This document shows, piece by piece, positions 33,297-44,345 of a stretch of DNA of 64,000 nt. The stretch lies in the NCBI RefSeq assembly GCF_964194025.1, contig NC_134468.1:44020001-44084000 (forward strand), given 5' to 3'. The notes below the pieces were generated by a model. That model saw only the letters and a program-made list of their open reading frames with translations, searched no databases and was not told the origin of the DNA. This DNA comes from Convolutriloba macropyga. Lineage: Eukaryota. The translations under genes and the position numbers were made by a program. The stretch's first letter is position 1. Every line of letters begins with the position of its first letter.

Positions 33297-35351
33297 TTAA
33301 ATTTTTGTTGTGTAGCGGGCAGAATTTAATTGTGCTGACGGATAAATTGAATCAACTATTACAGTGCGATTATCAGGGTTCCCATCAGTTTCATTGACAA
33401 GTTGGTCATGATTGACAGGCGCAGATGCGTGTATATTATTTATGTGATTTTGAAGCATCTGCGTAAAAGGCGCAATGGGGTTAAGAAGCCGGAAAACTGT
33501 CCAGAAAGGAACTCCATGAGAAAGGAGCCTAAGCGCAAATACAAGTTTCAATATATAGATAAAGAGCCCTAGAAGCGCTAAAGTTGTTAGCGTAATTACA
33601 GTGCACCTCTCGGCGTAGTACCAACCACCACTCGCAACAGATTGCAAATCAATCAAATATTTCCAAGCCGCCAAATTTTCTAGTTCTTCGGAAACGCTTG
33701 GATTAAAATGCATTAAACCAGGATGAGAATATTGGCTGCGAGGATCAAGATATACTTCTCGTCCCGAAATTGTTCGGCGCGAGTATTTTAGAACCCGAGC
33801 CTTTGCGCTCTGCCTCAAGTTCTGATAAGAAAAGAGACCAGCGGTGTGTAATGAAGGTAAGTTATCACTAAAATCTAGATGGCTGAAAACACTTAGAGAT
33901 TCGGGCGTACGTGCGACCGAATAATCATCTCCATAGTGCATCCAGATGCCTTCAGACGTGCGGTACATGTAAGGTGCTATGGGATCACAAGCAGTCAAAG
34001 TATAGTTTGGATACACAACTTGTGTTATCGGATTCATGAAACGAATTTGCGTATCATTGCCCAAAAGAACAGGAACTTCCTCTGTGCAGTAGGGGAAGTC
34101 TGCAATTCGAGCTTCGACTTTAACACATTTGTGGACGTAAAGAACAGCTCCCGCTTTTTCAGCATGTGTGCCTAACATGGAACCGGATCCGAGGAAGAGA
34201 TTAGGATTGTCCAAGTTTGACGCTAAAGAAATGAGTCCTTTTAAGATCATCTGACGCGTATTGCAAATTTCATTTTTGATGAAATTTACAATTCGTTGAC
34301 GCGAAAGATGCGCGTTGACATGCACAAACTCAATTTTTGTCCCATAGACTAAGTTTGGAATTGCATCTGTGTTGTAATCTATTTCCGGAAGTTGCTCCGT
34401 TATAGGTTCAATGACAAAGTAAACACCAGAGTAGGTTGTTGGTCGGACCTTATATGAGCAAACACTAACAGTTGTGTTCAGAAGTTCTATATAAAAGACG
34501 CGGGAATCATCCCTGGAAGCAGTTTTTCCACTCAAATACATTGAATCAGCAGAAGAGATCTGAACGCCAGGATGCTCCGGAGAGAACTCAAATATTGATT
34601 TAATCTCACACTGACCGTAGAAATGCGGTAAATAGGTGATTGAGTCATGCTGAAAGTCAGAACCTGGAAAACTGCAGGACGTGGATCTTTCATTGGGATC
34701 TGTCAAGATTAAGGAACATGGAGAGCTGGTTTTGTCCAAAGTTGCGACTACTTTGCCGATGGTTAATTTTGCGTTTATAACACCAGATGCGTGAATTTTC
34801 GATCCACCTGGGGTAATCCAATCCACAGGCCAGGTGAAGTAAATTCCAGCTTTCTTGCCACCACGCATGAAAGAGTACGAATAGTCAAATACCTTGAAAT
34901 TGCCAGGTTTGTATGGTCTACCATCAAACAAAAGATCCCCCTCAGTCATTTTAAAATTTTCATCTGCAAAACCTGGAAGTTTGAAATTGCGACCACTCCA
35001 AATTGCTCTGCAAACCCAAGTTTCTAATGCATAGAAAGTAGGCACTAGGCGAGAATACTCTTTTAAATACACAGAATCATCAAATCGGGCAGAATGCGCT
35101 AATCCGGTAACAGCGTAAGAAGCTTGAAACATGCAAAAACTCATTTGAATATCAACTTCGGGCGCATGAAGAACCAAACCACCAAAAGTAATGTTTTTGG
35201 TGCTTAATTTATCAGGCGTACACTGTTCACTCGGAAGAAGCGAGTAAATTTTTGTTGTGAGAACTTCCTCGATGTCATAGCCTACAAGTGTAGAGAAACT
35301 GCAATCTACTAGGCAAGTGAACAACAGCAACACTTGCTGCACAAAGAGCAT
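33297..35351 (-). CDS. env: env-like glycoprotein, copy 3
   Basis: Same 684-aa protein as copy 2. Confidence 0.88.
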   Translation of the reverse strand: MLFVQQVLLLFTCLVDCSFSTLVGYDIEEVLTTKIYSLLPSEQCTPDKLSTKNITFGGLVLHAPEVDIQMSFCMFQASYAVTGLAHSARFDDSVYLKEYSRLVPTFYALETWVCRAIWSGRNFKLPGFADENFKMTEGDLLFDGRPYKPGNFKVFDYSYSFMRGGKKAGIYFTWPVDWITPGGSKIHASGVINAKLTIGKVVATLDKTSSPCSLILTDPNERSTSCSFPGSDFQHDSITYLPHFYGQCEIKSIFEFSPEHPGVQISSADSMYLSGKTASRDDSRVFYIELLNTTVSVCSYKVRPTTYSGVYFVIEPITEQLPEIDYNTDAIPNLVYGTKIEFVHVNAHLSRQRIVNFIKNEICNTRQMILKGLISLASNLDNPNLFLGSGSMLGTHAEKAGAVLYVHKCVKVEARIADFPYCTEEVPVLLGNDTQIRFMNPITQVVYPNYTLTACDPIAPYMYRTSEGIWMHYGDDYSVARTPESLSVFSHLDFSDNLPSLHTAGLFSYQNLRQSAKARVLKYSRRTISGREVYLDPRSQYSHPGLMHFNPSVSEELENLAAWKYLIDLQSVASGGWYYAERCTVITLTTLALLGLFIYILKLVFALRLLSHGVPFWTVFRLLNPIAPFTQMLQNHINNIHASAPVNHDQLVNETDGNPDNRTVIVDSIYPSAQLNSARYTTKI

Positions 35352-35360
35352 CTAAACAAA

Positions 35361-38300
35361 TCACTCAACATCACTGTCTGAATCAAAATAAGCTAAACGG
35401 AAAAATCCTGGATGCCGTGCATGATCAGCAACAGCTCTACGCGGTCGTTGAGGAACTGTTGTGGAACCTGAACCACTTTGATTTTCTGACAAAAAAACTG
35501 GCGGTGACGGAATGGCGGAACTTGTAGGGTTAGTAGTGTTTTGTAACCTATCAGAGGTAGAAGCCTGTCTTTCAGATAAATCAACCAACACAAGATCATC
35601 GTCTTCAGGGACGATGGGTTGAGGACTTGGTCTTACAGTTTGGTTGGAACGATTTCTGCGCAACCGCTGGTCTGATGGTGTAAAAGGTTTAATGCGATCG
35701 TAATGAGCAATCTGTTGTTTTTGAGTTTTGACGTCTTGTAGAACAAAATTAATTTGGTTAATAACCTTTTTCACGCAATGAGGTCCAGACCAGAAGCTCT
35801 TTAATTTAGGAGTTTGACCCTGTGAGCACACTGGTGAATGAAGAAGCACCAGGTCTCCTTCTTTATACGAAGGACCATGCTTCTTTTTGTCAAAGATAGC
35901 TTTTTGTCGGCGCATTTCCCATCCGTTTTTCTGAATTACGGACTCGAAAATGGTGGAAGATTCAACTAAACGTTGAAAAACATAATCCCGATGACCAACA
36001 ATTGGAGTGGGCAATGTTGGATATAGCATATCAACAGGCATGCGCATTTCTTTCCCAAAAACTAATCGGAAAGGCGATTGACCTGTCGACTCATGAACTG
36101 CAGAACGATAGGCCATCATGAAAGATTGAAGATGAACAGACCAAACTTCATGCCGTTCTGCGCAGTACTTTGCCAACCCATCTTCCAAAGTGCGATTTAT
36201 GCGTTCCACTTTTGCATTTCCTTGCGGGTGGTAAGGAGTAGATCTTGAGCTGGTTAACTGCAGCTTATTGCACATATCTGCGAAAAGGCGCGATGTGAAC
36301 TGCGAACCGTTGTCACTGTGAATATATTCAGGTACACCAAATCGGGTGACCCATTGATCTAAGAAAGTGCTACAGATTGTCTCAGCCTTAATGTTCTGTA
36401 GGGGTGCAGCCTCGAACCAGCGAGTAAAATGGTCTCCAATCATTAGGATGTATTTATAAAATTTCTCATTCAACCGACTTTCTGGGAGAGGGCCAAGGAT
36501 ATCAACTGACACGCAAAGAAAAGGTTCATAGAATGCCCAGAGCTGCATTTCTTGCTGATGTGATTGTTTGGGATTCTTTCGTTTTTGACAAGTTGCACAA
36601 CCTGAGATCCAGGAGTCCACATCATTTTTCAATCCTGGCCAGTAAAATCGCTGACGTACCCGATCAAGAGTTTTCTTATTGCCTAAATGTCCTGAAGCAG
36701 GTGAATCATGCAACTGAAGAAGAACTTTTTGAACCTGGTTAAGTGGAACGCAACACTGATGGAAAAGTGTAGATCCATCCAGTTGTTGAAATAGCCGGTA
36801 CAAAACACCATCAATAATTTTCAATGTCTCGAATTGCTGCCAGTAACACTGCAAAGCAGATGGTCTACCAAGCATTAAGGATCGAGGTGGTTTCTCACCT
36901 GTTCGACACCATGATTTGACTACAGACAGAGTTTTATCCTGATCTTGCGTTTCTGAAAAGTGCGGAGACGAAGAAACAGATGTGACAGAAGTAGCAGATA
37001 AATTCAAAGGTGGTAATCTGGAAAGAGCATCAGCATTTGCAATAGTTTTTCCAGGCCGATGGACAATTTCAAAATTGAACATACTTAATTTTTCTAGCCA
37101 ACGCGCTACTATTGCATCAGGCTCTTTGAACGAATAGAGCCAAACGAGGGCGCGATGGTCAGTAATTATCTGAAATTTTTGCCCAAGAAGAAATTCTTTG
37201 AAGTATGATGTGAAGAACACCACAGCAAAGAGTTCACGTTTCGTAGCCGAGTAGTTTCTTTGACCTTTTTGCAGCACTTTGCTAGCATATGCAATAACCT
37301 TTTCACCATTTTTCTGTTTTTGAGATAGCACTGCGCCAATTCCAGTAAGCGATGCGTCAGTACAAAGAACGAATTGATCCTTTTCATTTGGAAAACCTAA
37401 GATTGGAGCGGATACTAGCGCTGTTTTCAATTTCTCGAAAGCTTTTTGGCAGTCTGCTGTCCAATGGAACGTTGTTGTTTTATTCATCAATTGGTACAGA
37501 GGGTTCGCAATCAAACCAAAATTGAGAACAAACTTTCTATAGAAGCCAACAAGGCCCATGAACGATCTTAACTGACGAATAGTTTGTGGAACTGGGTATT
37601 TCTCCACAGCTGCTATTTTAGCAGGATCAGTGTGTATCCCGTCAGCAGAGACTACATGACCCAGAAATACTAACTTCGTTTGGAATAAGGAACATTTGGC
37701 AGGTGAAATTTTCAAATTTGCTTCCCGTATGCGTTGGAACACAAGTTGAAGACGATGTATGTGTTCCTCGAAAGAACGACCAAAGACTATAATATCATCA
37801 AGATAAACCAGGACAATTTCATATGTCAACCCTGATAAAACAATTTCCATTAGTCTTTGAAATGCTCCAGGGGCATTGCAAAGACCCATTGGCATCCGTT
37901 TCCACTGATACAGTCCAAACGGCGCAATGAAAGAAGTAAGGTGTCGATCTTCTTCATCAATCTCCATTTGATGAAATCCACTGCAAAGGTCGAGGCTAGA
38001 GAAGAAAATGCTTCCCTCGAGATTATTTAGAATATCTGATATGCGCGGAAGAGGCCACGATGTTTTGACTGTTTGGGCATTTAGTTTCCGATAGTCAATA
38101 ACAAGACGATATGACCCGTCACGTTTCGGAACTAACACGGTTGGAGCTGCCCACTCGGAATGAGTAGGAGATATGAGATCTTTTTCTTGGAGTTTGGTTA
38201 TCTTATCCTTGAGATCTTTTCTTTTAGAAGGATTCATTGATCTGTATGGCACTCGGCTAGGCTGGGCGTCATCTTTCAACTGAATACGCAGTTTATGCAA

Positions 38301-39230
38301 ATTACATGAGCCTAGATCCCATTTGTCGGTAGCAAACACGTCTGCAAACTGCTTGAGTAGACTAAAAGCGTCCTTTTGTTGTTTTTTAGTGAGAGTGCTG
38401 AACTTTGATTTAAACAACTGCATCAAAGTTTCAGCTGAATTGATGTCAACAGCATTGAAACCAACAGTTTGAAGGACAGTCTCGTTGTAGGGTAAGATTT
38501 GCGCAATAGTTTGCGAAGGATATAAAGTTACGGAATTACAAGTAGGGTTAAGTACTCTTAGCCAAAATTCATTTTGAGAAACTGTTACAAGAGACGAGGC
38601 CACTAAAAGGGAGTTTAAACTGGTGAAACCTACGTGGGGCTCAACCAAACCCACAGTCGCGTCAGACGAAGTACGCGAACTGCTTGAAGAAAACTTATGC
38701 GCATGATGTGACTTTAGATTACATTTTACGAGTGCTTCACTTCGAGGTGGAATAAGGAAACGCGAAGTTACAGAACAAAGCGAAGTCTCAGTTGTCGGAG
38801 AATTATCCTCAAACCACTGAGACAACGGACTGATACATTCCAGTACTGCGTCACCTACATCTAATAAACCCCGAGAGAAGTCTACTGCACATTTTTGTTT
38901 GTGTAGGAGATCAAAACCGACCACACAAGGAACACTGAGGTGGGCACAAATGTAAAATTTGAAAGAAAACATGGGACCATTTTTAAACCAACGACATGGA
39001 AGCAAGCACATACCCTTAAATTGAAGCATAGAGCCATTTATGGCGGATGCTTGGATATCAGATGCTTCCAATGTAAGCGAAGGGCTAAAGTTGCTGAACT
39101 TGCCAAAAACATCGGCACGAATTACACTAATTGAAGCACCTGAATCAATCAGGGCAGGCAGTATATTATCGGCGATTATTATTTTGGAAAGAAGCGACTG
39201 TATGCCAAAAATACGCTTGTTTTGTGCCAT
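35361..39230 (-). CDS. pol: Pol polyprotein, copy 3
   Basis: Intact 1289 aa with all catalytic motifs. Confidence 0.98.
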   Translation of the reverse strand: MAQNKRIFGIQSLLSKIIIADNILPALIDSGASISVIRADVFGKFSNFSPSLTLEASDIQASAINGSMLQFKGMCLLPCRWFKNGPMFSFKFYICAHLSVPCVVGFDLLHKQKCAVDFSRGLLDVGDAVLECISPLSQWFEDNSPTTETSLCSVTSRFLIPPRSEALVKCNLKSHHAHKFSSSSSRTSSDATVGLVEPHVGFTSLNSLLVASSLVTVSQNEFWLRVLNPTCNSVTLYPSQTIAQILPYNETVLQTVGFNAVDINSAETLMQLFKSKFSTLTKKQQKDAFSLLKQFADVFATDKWDLGSCNLHKLRIQLKDDAQPSRVPYRSMNPSKRKDLKDKITKLQEKDLISPTHSEWAAPTVLVPKRDGSYRLVIDYRKLNAQTVKTSWPLPRISDILNNLEGSIFFSSLDLCSGFHQMEIDEEDRHLTSFIAPFGLYQWKRMPMGLCNAPGAFQRLMEIVLSGLTYEIVLVYLDDIIVFGRSFEEHIHRLQLVFQRIREANLKISPAKCSLFQTKLVFLGHVVSADGIHTDPAKIAAVEKYPVPQTIRQLRSFMGLVGFYRKFVLNFGLIANPLYQLMNKTTTFHWTADCQKAFEKLKTALVSAPILGFPNEKDQFVLCTDASLTGIGAVLSQKQKNGEKVIAYASKVLQKGQRNYSATKRELFAVVFFTSYFKEFLLGQKFQIITDHRALVWLYSFKEPDAIVARWLEKLSMFNFEIVHRPGKTIANADALSRLPPLNLSATSVTSVSSSPHFSETQDQDKTLSVVKSWCRTGEKPPRSLMLGRPSALQCYWQQFETLKIIDGVLYRLFQQLDGSTLFHQCCVPLNQVQKVLLQLHDSPASGHLGNKKTLDRVRQRFYWPGLKNDVDSWISGCATCQKRKNPKQSHQQEMQLWAFYEPFLCVSVDILGPLPESRLNEKFYKYILMIGDHFTRWFEAAPLQNIKAETICSTFLDQWVTRFGVPEYIHSDNGSQFTSRLFADMCNKLQLTSSRSTPYHPQGNAKVERINRTLEDGLAKYCAERHEVWSVHLQSFMMAYRSAVHESTGQSPFRLVFGKEMRMPVDMLYPTLPTPIVGHRDYVFQRLVESSTIFESVIQKNGWEMRRQKAIFDKKKHGPSYKEGDLVLLHSPVCSQGQTPKLKSFWSGPHCVKKVINQINFVLQDVKTQKQQIAHYDRIKPFTPSDQRLRRNRSNQTVRPSPQPIVPEDDDLVLVDLSERQASTSDRLQNTTNPTSSAIPSPPVFLSENQSGSGSTTVPQRPRRAVADHARHPGFFRLAYFDSDSDVE

Positions 39231-39287
39231 GGGTTATTAAAAATGGAGAACAAACTCTTTCAAGGTGGACTATGGCGATAGAAGAAG

Positions 39288-40304
39288 CTATCGGTTAGAG
39301 TATGGTTTTGACTCTGGGCAATTACGTCGCTGATGTTGAGAAGAACCACAGTTCCAACAATTTTTGCAATTATTTTTAGTATGACCTTTACGATTACAAC
39401 CATAACAAATAGTTGGTCCGGTGAACCTAACTTTTCTTTCATTACTGATTGAACGACTGTGTGAATTGTCAAGAAACGTTTTTCGCGGAGAGGAAGATTG
39501 ACGACGTTCTCCGTGTTGCGATGGGCTACGAGAGAAAGTAGGTGACTTGCGTTTGTTAAACGGAGACAATCTGTAAGGAGAGTTGCTCCTGCGACCCGAT
39601 TTTTTGTTCATCGGACGAGAACGTGGTTGGTAACTAACTTGTCCGGCCATGAGTTTATCAACTTTACGCGAAAGTGCTTCAATGGAACTCACAGAAGTAG
39701 ATGAAGGCGCAGTCTCATTTGCATTTGCTTCAAGACGGTAAATTGCGTCGAAGTGGAGTGCTGATTCTAAGGCCGCGTTAATGTCAGCCGGCTTGTTCTT
39801 TCTTAACTCTACCCTTACATGAATATTGTGAAGGCCATCAATGAAAGATTGAAGCACAATATGGTCTCTGATTGCCTGCGTGTCTTGGGGATAAGCCTTA
39901 TTAGCTAGAAGTTTGAGCTCAGCTAAAAATTCACTTACTTTTTCGGACTCGCCTTGAATACGTTTTGCAAGGGATGACCGAAAAAATTCAGGAGGTTCCT
40001 GATATTGGCGCAAAAATTGCTTTTTAAGCTCTGAATAATCATTTTTTGTTGCGTCATCTAATGACTGATAAAATTCGATAGCACTGCCTCGTAAGCGCAA
40101 GGGAAAAATAGTATGACGCTTATCAATGTAAACCTGTTGACCAGCGCTGTCGTGTTGCGGAGTTCCATCACTATTGAATGCTTTTTTTAGCCAATTTTGT
40201 AACGAACTCAAGAGTTCGAATTGTGTTATATAGGCCTGAATATCACTTGTTCCGTTAAAAGGCTCCGGTAGAAGAAGTTTAGCTTCCAGAGCTGCGTCAG
40301 CCAT
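39288..40304 (-). CDS. gag: Gag, copy 3
   Basis: Same protein as copy 1. Confidence 0.95.
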   Translation of the reverse strand: MADAALEAKLLLPEPFNGTSDIQAYITQFELLSSLQNWLKKAFNSDGTPQHDSAGQQVYIDKRHTIFPLRLRGSAIEFYQSLDDATKNDYSELKKQFLRQYQEPPEFFRSSLAKRIQGESEKVSEFLAELKLLANKAYPQDTQAIRDHIVLQSFIDGLHNIHVRVELRKNKPADINAALESALHFDAIYRLEANANETAPSSTSVSSIEALSRKVDKLMAGQVSYQPRSRPMNKKSGRRSNSPYRLSPFNKRKSPTFSRSPSQHGERRQSSSPRKTFLDNSHSRSISNERKVRFTGPTICYGCNRKGHTKNNCKNCWNCGSSQHQRRNCPESKPYSNR

Positions 40305-40878
40305 TTTTTATTAATTACATGGAAATAAAAAATGCTGCACAAAGTTCCAACCTTGCGATTGGACCGGCAAGTCAGATATCGGTTGTTCAAAATTGTGGGG
40401 ACCAGAAAAAGCTGGCCTCTAAGAGATAACAGAAAAGAACGCAGAGACTTTTTTTAACTTAGGATTTCAGGTCTCTCGTCTTAAGTTATGTATCGTTGAG
40501 GTTGCCGTAGCAGCCGCCGAAACCTCCCTTGCTAAGCCCCTTAGTCTTACTACGTGGGACCTACAAACACTGGGAATGTAGAAGCTGCGGAAGCAAGGAG
40601 CGTCTATTTTCCGATAAATCGGATAACGCTTGAGAAGCCTCTGAAATCAGTACCTATTTGTCAAAGCGTTCTAAAGTTAAAGGCAATTATGGCTCATCTA
40701 AGAAAAAGAACAACCGTTATCTGTCAAGCAGATAACAAAAACGACCGAATATTTGAGTTATTTTTCTCTTTTTTTTTTTGTTTTTTTTTTTTTGAAAAGA
40801 AGGTAAAGAAAAAGCAGATGTTCCTGAAAATTGCAGGATAGCTTATTTTGGAAAAAAAAATCCCGAACCTGTCAACAA

Positions 40879-41369
40879 TATAACAACCCGGTAGGTATTA
40901 AAAAAACGAACGTTTGAATTGCGAATGCGGGATTCGAGATTGGGTTGTTTTAGTTTTTTTTGTTGAAATTAACAACTTCAATTTAATTGATCTTACCTTG
41001 TTTTCTGTGCTCTATCTTTTTCTTTGGAAAATCGACAAAGTAAGTTTTCAGAATATTGAATTAAACTGAATAGGTTATTTATAAAAGCTTGTTGAGAAAA
41101 AGCTCAACTAACTGGATTGTAAGCAGAAAAGTCTCAAGTGTCGTTTGGGCGAAGGAACCTGGCCAACGGAACAAATTCTCAATTAGCTCTTGAAACACGC
41201 AAAAGCTAAATAAATTGCGTGCCAAATTGTGTTATCAATAATAAATACACTATGGTCCAGTGGCACGAAAGTAAAACAAAGCTTGAGCGGAAAGGCGCTA
41301 TAAGATTAATAGATTAATAGCTGGAACATTATACTGCCTAAGGAATAATAATGGGGTAGGGCTGTTACA
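40879..41369 (-). repeat. 5' LTR, copy 3
   Basis: Direct repeat; followed by ATAT. Confidence 0.95.
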
Positions 41370-43281
41370 ATATATCGACAGTCTGTATAATAAGCCGACA
41401 ACACAAAAAGGTTCCACTTGATTGCTCAAAGCTCATTAAATAATAACAACAAACCCAAAAATTAAAAACAGAAAAATGAACCCAGAATCAGCTGCCGGTC
41501 TTCAGCTCTTAGACATTCTAAACCTACAAAAGCACTAGAACCTGTATATTTTGGTAAAGGCCAAGCATCTTTGATACCCATTAAATTGATCGGTTATTGT
41601 AAATGCCTACTAATCGGCGTGAAGAAACAAATCAATTTTTTGACAACAACGTTTGATTAAAATTTTAAAATAAAAATAAATTCTTAGCTATCAAGAAGAA
41701 GTCAAGCCCATTTTTTGTATAATTGCATCAAGTATAAAAACCGTGTATTAAATCAGAAAATCAGTTACAGAAAGAATGAAACTTATGATTAACAATGCTC
41801 TAATTGTGAGCCACCACCACTATTCAACTGCCCCCCCCCCCCCCACCACCACCACTATTCAGACCACCCCACTATTCAATTGTTCTTCTATATCGCAAAA
41901 TTTATTAAAAGAAAAAATTGAGTTGGACAGTCAAAGTAGCTTTCAATAGACTAAGCATCAGGACACGCCAACATGTTGGTAGGTACGCTCTGTCTTACCA
42001 GCAGAAAAAAGGCGTCACTAACAAATTTAAATTTGTAAAAACCTCTGAAAAAGTACAAAAATCAAGCATTATATGTATTTCTCAAAAGTAAATAATAGAG
42101 ATATAATCAAGTCTAATTTTTTGCTTTTGTAAGAAAGACCAAAAAAGTACCATGGTTCAAACAGTTTAATTCCTAATTTAATGTAGCCACCAATTTGAAT
42201 CTAAGTTTCATTAAAAATTCTGAACCGGTTCTAGACGAAGTCAGAACCGCACTGCTTATCAAGTTTAATATTTGTTGACTGTAACTGCTTCAAAAGTCCT
42301 AATTTAGATAGCAATCATTTTTTCATTTTATTCCAAATCCAAATTGCGGCAAAATAACCCAAGGTTGGTAGTTTTGCTGTAATTTTTTAAGTTTTCTAAA
42401 TTCTCTGTCAATAACTTGAAATAGAAATTCAAATTTCTACAGAATAAAATGAAAAGGAAAAATTTAAATTTTTTTCTACATAAAAAACAGTGGGTGAAGA
42501 GATATCAGATTGGATAAAAAAACAGTTTCTCGGGCGCATAACGAAGATCTGCTTGTTGATGTTTTGTTTAATGAAAGAAAACCAATTTTTCAAGTCTTTT
42601 TCTTTGTTAAAGACTCGCTCATCAGAATATCTTTGTTTTACAAATTAATCAAAAAAAAAGCTTTTATGAAATTAAAGGTATCAAAAATTCTCTGATAAAT
42701 CACTTTTCTGCTATCTATGATCTGCAGAGCTAGGTTTAAATTTTAGGGCGTTATCTTTATTATTTTTAGTAAATAAAATATATAATTATTTGTTTGATAA
42801 CATTTAACATTAATCAACGATGTTTGACTTTAGTACAATTTGCAATTAATTATTCAAATTCAAAAAATAGTCTAACCTTTGTACGTAATATATAATGCCA
42901 GAACAATGAATAGAACTACCGCTAAAAGACTGTCTCTGAAAAAATTGGTCCTTCTGTCTTCCAATTGATTTAATTACAAAACTTAAAAATTTCTGGATTC
43001 AATTGATCTTTGGAACAAAAAACAAAAGCGTTTTTTAAGCATCAGATCCAAAATGAAATTTTATTCTTCCGAGAAAAAATGCTCAAAATGAGGAATCAGA
43101 AGAACTATTTCTGTTACTACTGCTACTTTTCTATGCTTTTTTGCAAAAATGGTATTCTTCAACAAGAGGTTGCGAAATATGAAATTTAATGGCTTCGACA
43201 CAAAATCGTAGTCTGCATTAACTGAACATCTCAAACAACTCTTTTAAAAATATTGGCAAGCAGTCGTAGCATTGACTGAGT

Positions 43282-43644
43282 TTGAGGTGCTGACCGAAAG
43301 TCGATGCGTCCAAACCGAAATGAAAGCACAAGGGGGGGTATTGCGCGTTCAAAAATACACGGTCTGGAAACACCAAAGAAACACAAAAATCTGGACATAG
43401 GTATTTTTGAACGCAAGATAATCTGGATATGAATGCTCAAAATATCAATTTTGGAGCTCACGAATTTTCGTTATGAACACACGAAAGTCTGGACGTAGAC
43501 AATTTGAACGCACGAAAGTCTGGACATGGAGATTTTTGAACGCACAAAAAATTTTGAAGGCACTTTCCGTTTGGGAGGGTCTGGACATAGACATTTTCCG
43601 TTTGGGACGGTCTGGACATACCAACTTTCGGTCTGGCACCTCAA
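43282..43644. mobile_element. MITE-like element with ~36-bp imperfect TIRs and internal tctggac repeats
   Basis: Left end ttgaggtgctgaccgaaagtcgatgcgtccaaaccg versus reverse complement of the right end ttgaggtgccagaccgaaagttggtatgtccagaccg; about 7 tctgga motifs inside. Confidence 0.75.
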
Positions 43645-43868
43645 CCAGAGTGAGTGACATTTGGATTTAAATTAAAAGAGATTATTGATGAACGGGCAAA
43701 ATACTTTATTAGCTTTTCAATTTTTGTCTTTTTTTCTTCAAACACTAATTTGATAAACTCTCGAAGTGGAAAAACACGGCCTTTGGGATTTATAAATGTT
43801 CTTAAAATGTCAAAAAATGACTAAATTGTGAGTTGAGGATATGCTGAAGCAATTACTCCATAATAATG

Positions 43869-44345
43869 CCCGGGCCGAGGTTTTACCCCTAAACCGCCTC
43901 TAATTATCTCGGATTAGGGTGTAATGCGTATTCCACTCCTATTTATAGGGGGAAAAAGGGTAAGAGTTTCATTTTAAAAAAAATTGCACAGTGTTTTCTC
44001 TCTTATATACACTCTTTTTACAATCTTTGCAAAGAGTTTGATTTAGGGTGGACTGATAAAAAATTACACTCTTACAAAATTACCAATATAACCAAGTTGA
44101 AATATTTGATCCTAGTGTCAGTTGGCGCAATGGTTAATGAAGGCAATGGAGTTAACTTGTTCCACAGGGGAAGATGGGGGATCAATCCTCATTACCCCCT
44201 TCCACCTTTTTTCAAAAAAAATTACACTCTTATAAATACACTCCTCCACCCTTAATTAAGCAGAGAAATAGGGTTTCAAATTTTTATTTATACACTCTTT
44301 ACACTCTTTTCCCCATTTTTTTTGGGGGAAAATCCTAGGCCCGGG
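43869..44345. mobile_element. MITE-like element with cccggg-starting ~21-bp TIRs
   Basis: cccgggccgaggttttacccc versus reverse complement of the right end cccgggcctaggattttcccc; repeated tacactc motifs inside. Confidence 0.7.

Larger units (their letters stand above)
31603..41369 (-). mobile_element. Full-length Ty3/Gypsy LTR element with env and ORF4, copy 3
   Basis: LTRs 31603-32094 and 40879-41369; ATAT flanks at 31599-31602 and 41370-41373; four intact ORFs. Confidence 0.97.
1..43364. repeat. Tandem array of ~17.6 kb units: partial unit 1-8114, unit 8115-25741, unit 25742-43364
   Basis: All ORFs recur at offsets of 17623-17627 bp (pol starts 3981/21604/39230). The junction ...aaaaatacacggtc|caaacgtgggg occurs at 8114/8115 and 25741/25742; the third copy instead continues ...ggtc|tggaaacacc at 43364. 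Confidence 0.95.

Noticed and set aside
43360-43640. Regularly spaced short repeats resembling a CRISPR array (also 55800-56010, 58560-58880)
   Set aside because: Repeats are short, degenerate, irregularly spaced and within MITE-like eukaryotic repeats; no cas genes.
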